DNA of 64,000 bases from Thermomicrobiales bacterium (GCA_046328375.1 JAXLWT010000022.1:20804-84803); one strand, 5' to 3'; shown: positions 47,530 to 57,366, counted from the stretch's first letter. Notes: generated by a model from the sequence alone, not told the origin. A program made the numbers and translations.

Positions 47530-47718
47530 ATGATGGATCACACCGCTGCCAGAAACGATCGTCTGCGCGATACGGGCCGCTGGGGCTACACCGGCGACAT
47601 GGCGGAAGACCAGGTCCCCGTCGAGTACGAAAGCCACAGCAACCGCTGGCTCATCTGGCTCGCCGTTGCGGCGTTGATCGTCATTGCCGCAGTCATGCTG
47701 ATCGGCCCGAACCTGTAA
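47530..47718 (+). CDS. Small tail-anchored membrane protein
   Basis: 62 aa with AAGGAGG Shine-Dalgarno. C-terminal TM WLIWLAVAALIVIAAVMLIG. Confidence 0.55.
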   Translation: MMDHTAARNDRLRDTGRWGYTGDMAEDQVPVEYESHSNRWLIWLAVAALIVIAAVMLIGPNL

Positions 47719-47882
47719 CGGCGATCAGCCGGTCTCCAATCTCGATTTCCCCCGCACAAGAGGAGCACTCCGTCGCCCGGGTGCTCCTCTTGTGCTGTCC
47801 CCGGCCCCGACTGTAGCCCCGGCACCAATCGTGCAATTCAGAACTCAAGACACTGAACCGTGGCAACGAGGAGGCAACAACC

Positions 47883-48122
47883 ATGACTGATCCAGGAGTT
47901 CCCAGGCAGGAGGGCCAACCAACGACCATCAGCCGTGATCCGATTGGGACCGACCCAATTGGCAACAACCCACTGGAACTCAATGCTCCACCCCAACGCC
48001 GCACTGATGGGGACAATGCAACCCCCGGGGGCTGGCTCAAGAACGCGACGGGCGTCTTCATTGCGGTGGTCGTGCTGGTCGTCATCTTTGCCGTCATCGT
48101 CCTGGTCCAGCGCGGCATGTAG
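47883..48122 (+). CDS. Small tail-anchored membrane protein
   Basis: 79 aa with GAGGAGG Shine-Dalgarno. Pro/Asp-rich N-terminal part and C-terminal TM GVFIAVVVLVVIFAVIVLV. Confidence 0.55.
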   Translation: MTDPGVPRQEGQPTTISRDPIGTDPIGNNPLELNAPPQRRTDGDNATPGGWLKNATGVFIAVVVLVVIFAVIVLVQRGM

Positions 48123-48283
48123 TTTCCATAACCTCAGGACGGCGCTGTCTGCTATACTGTGGGGTGCAATGCGGCTCGTGCCAGAGGCACGGGCCGTTCC
48201 GTGTGCGGCGGATTCCTGCGCTGAACCTGGCAATGTTCCCACGCACTCATGTCACTACGTTCAGAAAGGAACGCGCACAGCCC

Positions 48284-50194
48284 ATGGTCGCAACTGCGAA
48301 TCGAGTAACACCAGCGGATACTGCCATGACCACCGGACCCGCCAATCTGCGCAATGTGGCCATCATCGCCCACGTCGACCACGGTAAGACCACATTGGTC
48401 GATGGCCTGCTCAAGCAATCGAATGTCTTCCGGGATCCGACGGCTGCCGGCACCCTCATCATGGACTCCAACGATCTCGAGCGTGAGCGTGGCATCACCA
48501 TCCTCGCCAAGAACACGGCGGTTCACTACGGCGACGTCAAGATCAACATCATCGACACGCCCGGCCACGCCGACTTCGGCGGCGAGGTGGAGCGCGTGCT
48601 CAACATGGCTGATGGCTGCCTGCTCCTGATCGACGCCGTCGAAGGTCCCATGCCCCAGACTCGCACCGTCCTGGCGCGGGCGCTGGAGCGCGGCCTGCGC
48701 CCGATCGTGGTGGTGAACAAGATCGACCGCCCGGCCTCCCGCATCGACGAAGCCATGGAGCGGCTGCACGATCTCTTCCTGGAACTGGCCACTGACGCAG
48801 ACCAACTCGAGTTCCCGGTCCTGTTCGCGATCGCCCGCGAAGGCCGGGCGGGGTTCGAGCCGGAGGTGGAGAAGCTGGCGCCTGACCTGCGCCCGCTCTT
48901 CGAGACCATCGTGCGCGAAGTGCCCGCACCTGATGTCGACGTCGACGGTCCTGCCCAGATGCTGGTCGCCTCCCTCGACTACGACGCGCACCGGGGCCGC
49001 ATCGCCATTGGCCGCATTCAGCGCGGCACGATCCACACTGGCGATACGCTGCTGCACCTGGGCACAGACGGCATGGAAACGCGACAGAAGATCAGCGGCC
49101 TCGCCGTCTTCGACGGCCTGAAGCGTGTCGAGGTCCCGGAGGCGAGCGCGGGCGAAATCGTTGCCCTCACCGGCTTTGCGGACGCCCAGATCGGCGCCAC
49201 CCTGACCGACCCAGAGGCGCCCGAGGCGCTGCCGGTCATCGCCATCGAGGAGCCGACGCTGCGCCTCACCTTCGGCGTCAACACCTCCCCGTTCTCTGGC
49301 CGTGAGGGGCAGTACTCCACTTCCCGCCAGTTGAACGAGCGCCTGAACCGCGAACTGGAGACGAATCTCTCGCTGCGGGTGGAACAGACAGACCAGGCCG
49401 ACGTGTTCGCGGTCTCCGGGCGCGGAGAGCTGCACCTCTCGGTCCTGATCGAGACCATGCGGCGTGAGGGCTATGAGTTCCAGGTCTCTCGCCCGGAAGT
49501 CATCACGAAGACCATCGACGGTGTGGTGCATGAGCCGGTCGAACAACTGGTCATCGACACCACCGAGGAGTATGTCGGCACGGTCAGCGACCTGGTCGGC
49601 AACCGCCGCGCGCGCCTCACCGACATGGTGAACGACGGTCGTGGCTCAGTCCGCCTCGAATACACGATCCCCACCCGCGGCTTGATCGGCCTGCGCAACG
49701 CCTTCCTCACCGCCACGCGCGGCAACGGCGTCATGGCCTCACGCCTTGTCGGCTACGAGCCATGGCTGGGCCCGATCAGCAGCACGCGCTCCGGGCCATT
49801 GGTGGCCTCTGAGGGTGGCGTGGCGCTGAGCCACGGCCTGGCCAACGCCCAGGAGCGTGGCGTTACGTTCATTGAACCGCAGACCCAGGTCTACGAGGGG
49901 ATGATCGTGGGCCAGCACCCGCGCCAGGGCGACCTGCCGGTGAATGTCTGCCGCGCCAAGAAACTGACGAACATGCGCGCGTCCACCAAGGACATCGCCA
50001 TTGGCCTGACGCCGCCCACGGTGCTCTCGCTGGAGCAGGCGCTCGATTTCCTGGCTGACGACGAACTGCTGGAAGTCACCCCGCTCAACTGGCGCCTACG
50101 CAAGCGGTACCTGACACAAGATGAGCGGGCGAAGGTCCGAAAGCGGGAGCAAGGTCGATCTGCCAGCGCGGATTCAGTTGCCCCTACTCGCTAA
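48284..50194 (+). CDS. typA: Translational GTPase TypA/BipA
   Basis: [37 protein letters not shown] and BipA-specific C-terminal domains. The start is 48284 or 48326; the ORF track extends to 48164. Confidence 0.92.
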   Translation: MVATANRVTPADTAMTTGPANLRNVAIIAHVDHGKTTLVDGLLKQSNVFRDPTAAGTLIMDSNDLERERGITILAKNTAVHYGDVKINIIDTPGHADFGGEVERVLNMADGCLLLIDAVEGPMPQTRTVLARALERGLRPIVVVNKIDRPASRIDEAMERLHDLFLELATDADQLEFPVLFAIAREGRAGFEPEVEKLAPDLRPLFETIVREVPAPDVDVDGPAQMLVASLDYDAHRGRIAIGRIQRGTIHTGDTLLHLGTDGMETRQKISGLAVFDGLKRVEVPEASAGEIVALTGFADAQIGATLTDPEAPEALPVIAIEEPTLRLTFGVNTSPFSGREGQYSTSRQLNERLNRELETNLSLRVEQTDQADVFAVSGRGELHLSVLIETMRREGYEFQVSRPEVITKTIDGVVHEPVEQLVIDTTEEYVGTVSDLVGNRRARLTDMVNDGRGSVRLEYTIPTRGLIGLRNAFLTATRGNGVMASRLVGYEPWLGPISSTRSGPLVASEGGVALSHGLANAQERGVTFIEPQTQVYEGMIVGQHPRQGDLPVNVCRAKKLTNMRASTKDIAIGLTPPTVLSLEQALDFLADDELLEVTPLNWRLRKRYLTQDERAKVRKREQGRSASADSVAPTR

Positions 50195-51623
50195 GGGTGT
50201 ATGGCTTCCAGACCTGCACAGAAGCTGTACGGCGACTATCTCTGAGGAGCGCGGCATCTCCGGTCGCGAGGGCATGACCAACCGCCTCAATGAATTCCCC
50301 GTTCGGGGTGTACAACTCACTGGCGCGAGCATGCGAACCGGCGATCTGCGCTCAAGACGGGTCCTCTCACGCGCAGTCGGCCACGAAGGCGCTGAACATA
50401 TCGTGAAACTGAAAGGTCCTGCGGCGGTCATCCAGTGGTGACACAAAGAGCTTGGCCCGAGCGACGTATGTGATGAAGTCCAGAGCTTCGACCTGTAACC
50501 CAGCGGTGGTCGGCTCGGGCTCGAGATTTATGTTGGGCCGTTAGGCGAGAGGGACGCAGCTTGCTCTGAACGAGAGACTGAGCCAAGACCTCCTCTAACA
50601 TGGCAGGGTCTCACTGCAAAGGCGTGCTGCGCCTACGTCCCTCACGGCCTTGTGGAATACGCAACTCGCCACTCATTCCTTCTTTCTAGACATGTCCGGC
50701 TATGAAACTTGCATCAGGATGTGTGGAATTGCGCAACGGCACGCCGCTTCGCAGACCCAGATCTTCCTGCTACGTACGCGTGTGACCTGTCACGCATGGC
50801 TCCTCACAACGCCAGGCGAGCACATGCGGAGTTGAAACTTCTCCTTCATGTTGGCCAGAGTGCATGAACCCTCACGAGAAAACGTAACAAGTCATTTGCT
50901 CGCTGCAAGTGAGTCACCGTGACTGTCTCGCACCAGAATTACACCCGCGATGCGCCATTGTGGTTCTTCCCGGCGAGAGCGGTCTGAAGCATGCTGGAAT
51001 GAGAGCGTGGTCATCTGATGTGATGCGCTGGGGGCGATCAAAATCGTGAGACGAACTGCGCTTGAACGCGGAGGTAGCCCACGTGGAGGGAACCAGGCTC
51101 ACGATCTCCCTGGTGCTTCCTGGCCGCGTCGGTGGCCGGCGGGCTGCTGTCGGTCTTCTTCACGTCTGGTCCCCGTGCGCGCATTGGCCAGAGCACGGCC
51201 ATGGCTTCGGTTGGACCCTGTGCCCTCGCCCGCAACATCAAACCACTTCGGTCATTGGCCCGTTGCGGGTCGATTCGCCGGAGCCTGGCCAGACGGCCAG
51301 GGTGGGCCGTGGGATCCTCGCTGCTGTCGGGGGTCGGCCGACACGGCCGTCACACCAATTGAGTCGCCTCCATTGGGATGAGTATGCGCGCTAGCAAAGG
51401 AGACGTACGCCGTGCTTTTTTCCGCGATGGGTTCGCTCGGCGACCGTCTGGATTCGAACTCTTTCACTGCTCTTGAAGCAGAGCGCGCTTTGGCAACGAT
51501 TGTGCGAGCGGCTGGATGACCTTGAAAAGCCCGTTGCCGAACGCCTCGTAGCCGCCGGTCCCGGCTCCGCGTCGCCGGTCGCACATGAATCCGCGTAAGC
51601 GGGAAAGGCCCTCGTGCTTCCTC

Positions 51624-52577
51624 ATGCAGAATGCAACGACAGACCATTGGTTCGAGCTCAATATCGCCTGTGATCCGGAGTCCGTCGAAGTGGTCACAGG
51701 AGTATTCACGCACTATGGATTCACGCAGGGCGTAACTGTCCAGGAGTCATTCGCACGAGTTGACGACGGCGACGAATTCGCCGTGGCTCCGCGTGATTTG
51801 GTGCAGGTCAGCACGGTGCTTAGAGCGGCCGATGTCGGCCCTGAAGCGTTTGCAGAGGCGCGCCGCTCGCTGTGGCTGGCGCGGCAGGCGCTCTGGATCA
51901 AGAGTCGATCTCGACCAATCGGGGCGCTGCACGTTCTCGAACGATGCGGAGACGACGGCGCCGTGGCTCGAGAGGGTCAGCCCAACGCACTGCGGGTGGG
52001 GAACCAGGTGGTAGTGAAGGTCCCCGGTTACGATCTCGTTGCAATGCCCGGCGAAACAGTGATTGAGATCGACGCGGGCATCGCGTTCGGCACCGGCCGG
52101 CATTTGTCCACCCAGCTCTGCATGCAGGCGCTTGAGAACGAGATGGCAGTGGGTGCTTCAGTCCTCGATGTCGGCACGGGTTCGGGGCTGCTGGCGATCA
52201 CAGCCGCACTGCTTGGCGCACGGACGGTCGACGCCATGGACATCGATCCGGCCGCGGTGCGTGTCGCGCAGGCGAACGCCGAGCGTAACAGCGTTGGCGG
52301 GAGCGTTCGCATCGCGCTGGGCACCGTTGGGCCAGGCTGCCCGTTTCCGGGACCGTTTGACCTGGTGATCGCCAACATCATTGCCGGCGTGCTGATCGAG
52401 CTGGCTTCAGATTTGGCAGGCGCGGTGGCACCGGGCGGTACATTGATTATTGGCGGCATCATTGACGACAAGGAATTCCTGGTCCATGAGGCCTTCGCTC
52501 ACGAGCATCTCGTCCTGGCCCGCCGGGTCCAGGTTGAGGATTGGGTAGCGCTCGTCTGGAGAAAGCCCAGGACCTGA
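51624..52577 (+). CDS. PrmA-like SAM-dependent methyltransferase, diverged paralog
   Basis: VLDVGTGSGLLAITAALLGARTVDAMDIDPAAVRVAQANAERN and DLVIANI. It lacks the EDW-x3-W box that is present in the second copy. Confidence 0.75.
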   Translation: MQNATTDHWFELNIACDPESVEVVTGVFTHYGFTQGVTVQESFARVDDGDEFAVAPRDLVQVSTVLRAADVGPEAFAEARRSLWLARQALWIKSRSRPIGALHVLERCGDDGAVAREGQPNALRVGNQVVVKVPGYDLVAMPGETVIEIDAGIAFGTGRHLSTQLCMQALENEMAVGASVLDVGTGSGLLAITAALLGARTVDAMDIDPAAVRVAQANAERNSVGGSVRIALGTVGPGCPFPGPFDLVIANIIAGVLIELASDLAGAVAPGGTLIIGGIIDDKEFLVHEAFAHEHLVLARRVQVEDWVALVWRKPRT

Positions 52578-52765
52578 TGCGGCAAGGGACAATGCGGCCC
52601 AACCCGGGTATGAGGAATGGTTCAAGCGTCGCCTCATGGCCACAGGGACGAAAGACACCAGCTGCAACCGGCGATGTAAAGGCACCTGCTCGGTCGTACG
52701 CGTTCTCACATCAGCCAGGCGACCATACCGCGCGGGATACGCCGCTGAATACGTGGAGCGGATCG

Positions 52766-53518
52766 GTGGAACCAGGGAACAGTCAGCATGCACATGCTGT
52801 CCCGCCATTTGCGGATCGGCAAGCCGCGGGAGAGGCTCTGGGGGACGCCTTGATGCAGTTTCGCGGTGATGAGCCGCTGATCCTTGGCATCCCGACCGGC
52901 GGCGTCCCCGTGGCGGCGGAGGTTGCCCGGCGGCTTGGCGCAGAACTGGATGTAGTTATTGCGCGCAAACTGGGTGCGCCTGACCAGCCGGAGTTGGCGC
53001 TGGGGGCTGTGACGGCGATGGGCACTGTCTGGATCGAGGACGCCATTGTGGCCAACCACGGTGTCAGCAAGGATCACCTGGCGGCGATCATTGCCCGCGA
53101 AACTGCGGAGGCAACAGCTCGTGAGAAGCGTTTCCGTGGTGATCGGCCCCAACCGCGCATCGCGCAACGTACGGTGATCGTTGTCGATGACGGTCTGGCC
53201 ACAGGAGCGACATTGCGCGCCACGCTGCGCGCGGTCCGGGCACGGGGCCCAGCACGATTGGTGGCTGCCATTCCAATCGGACCGCTGGACGCCCTGGAAG
53301 ATCTTGATGGCGAAGCTGACGAGATCGTCTGCCTGGTGACGCCGGACCCGTTCGAATCGGTCAGTGTGCACTACGCGGATTTCCGTGCGGTTTCCGCGGA
53401 GCGTGTGCAGGAGATCCTCCGCGACGCTCTGACGGGCCGGGAGCAGGAGCGTGAACAGTCAGCGGCGCCAGAATCAGGAACTCCGCCGAACGCTCAAGAG
53501 AACCGGAGTGCGACATGA
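52766..53518 (+). CDS. Phosphoribosyltransferase-family protein
   Basis: FADRQAAGEALGDAL...ILGIPTGGVPVAAEVARRLGAELDVVIARKLG and the PRPP loop VIVVDDGLATGATLRA. The start is uncertain (GTG 52766; the ORF track starts at 52541). Confidence 0.75.
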   Translation: MEPGNSQHAHAVPPFADRQAAGEALGDALMQFRGDEPLILGIPTGGVPVAAEVARRLGAELDVVIARKLGAPDQPELALGAVTAMGTVWIEDAIVANHGVSKDHLAAIIARETAEATAREKRFRGDRPQPRIAQRTVIVVDDGLATGATLRATLRAVRARGPARLVAAIPIGPLDALEDLDGEADEIVCLVTPDPFESVSVHYADFRAVSAERVQEILRDALTGREQEREQSAAPESGTPPNAQENRSAT

Positions 53519-53691
53519 CGACCAGGAAACCTGACCATGAGGATCCTCACAGCCCGGAAGATCGCCCGGTCCTGGAGGAAACCTGCCCTCACTGTGGATT
53601 TCGCCTCGTGACCACCGAAGAGCCTGGTCCTGCTCGGTGCCCTGTCTGCGGACAACACATACGGTTGATCAGCACTCCCACTGACGCGTAG
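53515..53691 (+). CDS. Zinc-ribbon micro-protein (58 aa)
   Basis: Own translation: MTTRKPDHEDPHSPEDRPVLEETCPHCGFRLVTTEEPGPARCPVCGQHIRLISTPTDA. CxxC...CxxC pairs, and an ATGA overlap with the PRTase stop. It is below the ORF-track size cutoff. Confidence 0.55.
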   Translation: MTTRKPDHEDPHSPEDRPVLEETCPHCGFRLVTTEEPGPARCPVCGQHIRLISTPTDA

Positions 53692-54279
53692 GCGCGTGCG
53701 CCTCACCACGGTTAGCGGACCCAGGCAGCCTGTTCTTACGGCGCTACGTCGTCCTGGAGACTTTGTTGTCCTTCTGGATGCTTGCACCCGTGCGCCATCG
53801 GAAGGCTGCAGCCGGATTTCGGGACGAGCTGCTTCAGACACTACACCTGACCCCATGACGTCCAGCACGATGCCTCCCGGCATGCCCAGGACATGCCCGG
53901 TCAGCCGCGCGGTGCGAGGAATGGACGGCGGTGTGGCAGGTGGTTCGAACATCCTACGTCCCCAGCGTTCGGATTGCTCGTCACCGGGTGCAACTGCAAA
54001 TGCACCCGCAATGCACCGTTATGGTGCTTTTTCCGGACGCGTCGCTGCAGCATCATCGGAACGTAGCGCCAGACCAGTGCTGCCATGGCGCCACGATGGA
54101 GTCAGCCGATCCACAAGCGTGGAGAGGGCGAGGTCAGAAGCATCCTACGGACCGTGGCACCTTCCCCTTGGGGCCTGCAGGCCGGTGGATTACCTCGCGC
54201 GATTCGCATCAGGGGCTGATCTCGTCACAACGGAGCCCGGGGCAGGGGGCGCAGTCGAGAGCCGAGGAGAGTTCTAACG

Positions 54280-54402
54280 ATGGTCACGACAAAGCAGGAC
54301 ATCAAGCAGGATCGCCGCGAGGACCATCGCGACGAGAAGGAAGACCGCCGCGAAGATCACCGCGACACGAAGCAGGATCGGCGTGAGGACAAGCGCGACT
54401 AG
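54280..54402 (+). CDS. Highly charged repeat micro-protein (40 aa), tentative
   Basis: Own translation: MVTTKQDIKQDRREDHRDEKEDRREDHRDTKQDRREDKRD. GAGGAGA Shine-Dalgarno 10 nt upstream. A codon-aligned antisense hydrophobic ORF (54274-54477 minus) competes with it. Confidence 0.35.
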   Translation: MVTTKQDIKQDRREDHRDEKEDRREDHRDTKQDRREDKRD

Positions 54403-54582
54403 CGCAAATTCAGTTGATTCAGCCGAGTCACCGTTGACTCCGCACGCCCTGGCTTCAGGTGAAGCGCTGGAGTTCACGGTTGCCGGTCAGGAGCAGGGGT
54501 GGCGAGGAATCGCTGCCCCTGCTCCTTTTGGGGAAAGGCTCTGCCGTCCCGGTCCACTTCCACGTGGGTGATGGTGTCGTTG

Positions 54583-55581
54583 ATGACAGAACAGACCGAA
54601 ACAGGCTCCTGGGTGGAGTTAGCCGTGAGTTGTGCGCCGGAGGCTGTTGAGATCGTCGCCACGCTCCTGGCGAGTTACGGCCTCAACGACGGCGTCATTA
54701 TTGAGGAGCCGTTCACCCAGGATGTGAACAGTGACGATGTGCTGATTGACTCCTCCCTACCAGTGGCGGTGCGCACCTTCCTCGACGCCAACCGCGATGA
54801 CAGGGAGATCGAGGAGATCGAGACGGCGATCGGCGACGGACTGGCGCAGTTGGACCCGGACTACAGCGTCGGCCGCCTGTTCGTGCGCACGATGACGATA
54901 CACAAAAGGGATGGCGAGGACTGGGCGGAGGCCTGGGTGCGCTTCTCCAACATGGTGCGCGCAGGGGGGCGGGTAGTGGTCACCGCGCCGTGGTACACCG
55001 AGTACGAGCCGGCGCCGGACGAGATCGTCATTCCCCTCGAGACTGGACTGGCGTTCGGCGGCGGTGGGCATGCCGCAACGCAGTTGGCGGTGGAGGGCCT
55101 GGAAGCCATTGTGCGACCAGGCGATCATGTTCTTGATGTTGGCGCCGGTACCGGCATCCTCGCCCTGGTCGCCGCTCGTCTTGGCGCCAGCGCCGTAGAC
55201 GCGCTGGACGTCGACCCTGTCGCAGTGCGGGTGGCGCAGGATAACGTGGAGCGGAATGGCCTGGGGAACATCGTCCGGGTTGAACTCGGCAGCGTTGGTC
55301 CTGGTCAGCCGTTCCCTGGGCTGTACGACGTGGTCGTGGCCAACAATATGGCCAGCATCTTGATCAAACTGGCCACCGGTATGACCAGCGCGGTGCAAGA
55401 CGGCGGAACACTCATCCTCAGTGGCATGCTCGACTCGCGTGAGGCGGAAGTCCGCGAGACGTTCGAGGCTTTGGGCTGGCGTGTCGTGCAGCGAGAGCAG
55501 CGCAAGTGGGTCATGCTGGTGTTGCGCCGGTTTGAAGACGAAGCAGGACACGTCTTGCAGGGGCCGCTCTCCCAGTCATAG
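54583..55581 (+). CDS. prmA: Ribosomal protein L11 methyltransferase
   Basis: ATG at 54583 gives MTEQTETGSWVELAVSCAPEAVEIV... GEDWAEAWVRF box, VLDVGAGTGILALVAARLGASAVDALDVDPVAVRVAQDNVERN. Confidence 0.85.
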   Translation: MTEQTETGSWVELAVSCAPEAVEIVATLLASYGLNDGVIIEEPFTQDVNSDDVLIDSSLPVAVRTFLDANRDDREIEEIETAIGDGLAQLDPDYSVGRLFVRTMTIHKRDGEDWAEAWVRFSNMVRAGGRVVVTAPWYTEYEPAPDEIVIPLETGLAFGGGGHAATQLAVEGLEAIVRPGDHVLDVGAGTGILALVAARLGASAVDALDVDPVAVRVAQDNVERNGLGNIVRVELGSVGPGQPFPGLYDVVVANNMASILIKLATGMTSAVQDGGTLILSGMLDSREAEVRETFEALGWRVVQREQRKWVMLVLRRFEDEAGHVLQGPLSQS

Positions 55582-55649
55582 CGCGAATTTCTCCCGACGT
55601 GCAGCCGGAGGCAGCAAAGAGGCCGGCCGGAAGCGTGCGTTGCCTCCAG

Positions 55650-56314
55650 CCTGAAAGTGCATGTGCCGGGAGGCCACTCACCTGCCAGCCCTTGGTGGGA
55701 AGGGGCCTACCAACAGACCCGACGCTGGATCGATGCGGCGGTCTTTGCCACGATGACGCGCGATCTGCGCAAACTGCTGTGCTGGAGCGAGGGGCGCGAT
55801 CCTGACCCCAGTGCGGTGATTTTCGACAGCACCAAGCGGCAATCGACGCCGGAGAGCGGTTCACGGGCTGCCGGCGAAGGCTACAGGCGCAAGCGGTGCA
55901 GCAAGGTCCATCTCGCCGTCGATACCCTCCGGCAGTTGCTGGCGCTGCATGTCACCCCAGCCATGACCAGGATCGCGACCAGATCGCCATCCTGGCGGAG
56001 GCCATGCCGGAGGCGCCGGGACCGACGCTCGAGGTGGCCTACGTCGATCAGGGCTACTCCGGCACGGCCGCACGCGACGCAGCCGCCGAGCACGGCATCG
56101 AACTCGTGGTCGTCAAGTTCGCGCACGCCAAACGCGGCTCGTCCTCCTGCCAAGACGGTGGGGCATGGAGCGATCGTTCGCCTGGGCCACCCGATCCCGG
56201 CGCCTTGCCAAGGACTACGAAAGGTTGCCAGAGACAGTCGAAGGCGTCTACCTCCTCGCGTTCGCCTGCCTGGGCCTCCAACACCTGTTCCATCTCGCAG
56301 CCCCAATTCCCTGA
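55650..56314 (+). pseudogene. IS5-family DDE transposase remnant (5'-truncated, at least two frameshifts)
   Basis: Three frames read in series. First, PWWEGAYQQTRRWIDAAVFATMTRDLRKLL...DPSAVIFDSTKRQST...KVHLAVDTLRQLLALHVTPA. Second, [51 protein letters not shown]. Third, [45 protein letters not shown], stop at 56312-56314. Confidence 0.8.
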
Positions 56315-56655
56315 CAGGCTCCAGGCGTCGGCGGTCAGGGGGCTGATCCAGCGCAGCGCGGCGCGCTCAAGGCCGAGACTGGCACGACAGGTGTCGAGGG
56401 AGCGCGTGAGACGGCAGAAGTGGTGGTGATCCACGATGCAGACTTCCCTCACGGCACGGGCAAGGGACGCCAGCGGTTGCTTTCAAGTTGGGGTCGGCCT
56501 TCGCGTCCTTTGCTCCTCGAAGTCGCCGGCGAACCGGGCCTCGCGTTGATTCAGACGCGATGGTTCCGTATGACACCCTGAAGCACATGGCCGCCCGTGC
56601 TCCCGCACACCTGGCGGGGCGCTCCCAGTCGCCTGGTGCACTGCTGTCATCCCGC

Positions 56656-56682
56656 GAAAATGCGTATTTCTACTGATGTGCC
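56656..56682 (+). promoter_or_regulatory. Conserved AT-rich element, copy 3 (GAAAATGCGTATTTCTACTGATGTGCC)
   Basis: Lies 62 nt upstream of GTG 56745. It is identical to copy 2 over 26 nt. Confidence 0.7.
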
Positions 56683-56744
56683 TGATCGTCGGCGCCCGTA
56701 TCGTGAGGCTGGGACGCGATCAACGATACGGCAGGGAGGCACCA

Positions 56745-57293
56745 GTGGACGCAAACCGGTTTGATGATGTCGCACGTTCGCTCCAGCGTGAGGCGCCGCG
56801 CCGTGGCGCGCTCGGTCTGCTGCTGGGTGGAGCCCTGGCCCTGACCGGGATCGCGGAGACGGTCGCGAAAGGCAAAGGGAAAGGCAAGAAGAAGAAAAAG
56901 AAGGATGTCTGCGAGAAGGCGAAGAAGGCCTGCAAGGGCAACTGCGGTATGGGAGAGGCGTGCTGCTCCAGTTTCGACTGCAGTTCCTGCCAGAACCTGT
57001 ATTGCAACGGCAACCAAGGCGGGGCCAAGGCTGGTGTGTGCGGCTGCGATGCCCCCGATGTCCTCCACAACGGTCGCTGCGGTAGCAAGCCAGTCTGCAT
57101 TCCGGCAGGGCAGAAGCGCGACTTCTACGACGACAGAATCTGTTGCAGTGGGAGCGAGGTCACGGACATCAATGACCCCGCGTACGGCACCTGCCTCCCC
57201 GGAGTCCTGTGGTGCCTGTCGGATGCCGATTGCACCGGCGGGTCATGTCGCGGCTACCAGTGCTATGCGCCCGAGCTCGGCTGCAATCTCTGA
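56745..57293 (+). CDS. Secreted Cys-rich protein with Tat leader and polylysine spacer
   Basis: GTG at 56745 with GGGAGG upstream. VDANRFDDVARSLQREAPRRGALGLLLGGALALTGIAETVAKGKGKGKKKKKKDVCEKAKKACKGNCG..., then a Cys-dense body. Confidence 0.8.
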   Translation: MDANRFDDVARSLQREAPRRGALGLLLGGALALTGIAETVAKGKGKGKKKKKKDVCEKAKKACKGNCGMGEACCSSFDCSSCQNLYCNGNQGGAKAGVCGCDAPDVLHNGRCGSKPVCIPAGQKRDFYDDRICCSGSEVTDINDPAYGTCLPGVLWCLSDADCTGGSCRGYQCYAPELGCNL

Positions 57294-57366
57294 ACTCCCC
57301 GATCGGGAGCATCAGCAAGCGCGCAAGCAGCAGACAGCACAGAGGGTGACTGTGCTCCTGTGAAAC

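Noticed and set aside
48040-48122. Possible sortase sorting signal (LKNATG plus hydrophobic stretch plus QRGM tail) at the C-terminus of the 79 aa protein.
   Set aside because: The motif is not LPXTG/LAXTG, and the protein has no N-terminal signal peptide, so it is better explained as a simple tail-anchored membrane protein.
51450-51461. GGATTCGAACTC / GAGTTCGAATCC, a tRNA T-loop-like string.
   Set aside because: The flanking bases do not form a T-stem, and no acceptor or anticodon arms can be drawn on either strand.
53696-54277. 193 aa plus-strand ORF and 152 aa minus-strand ORF (53494-53952) in the spacer between the zinc-ribbon gene and the second prmA.
   Set aside because: Their translations are low-complexity Arg/Ser/Pro/Ala-rich with no motifs. 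The minus-strand one would overlap the PRTase and zinc-ribbon genes. The region is treated as unassigned.
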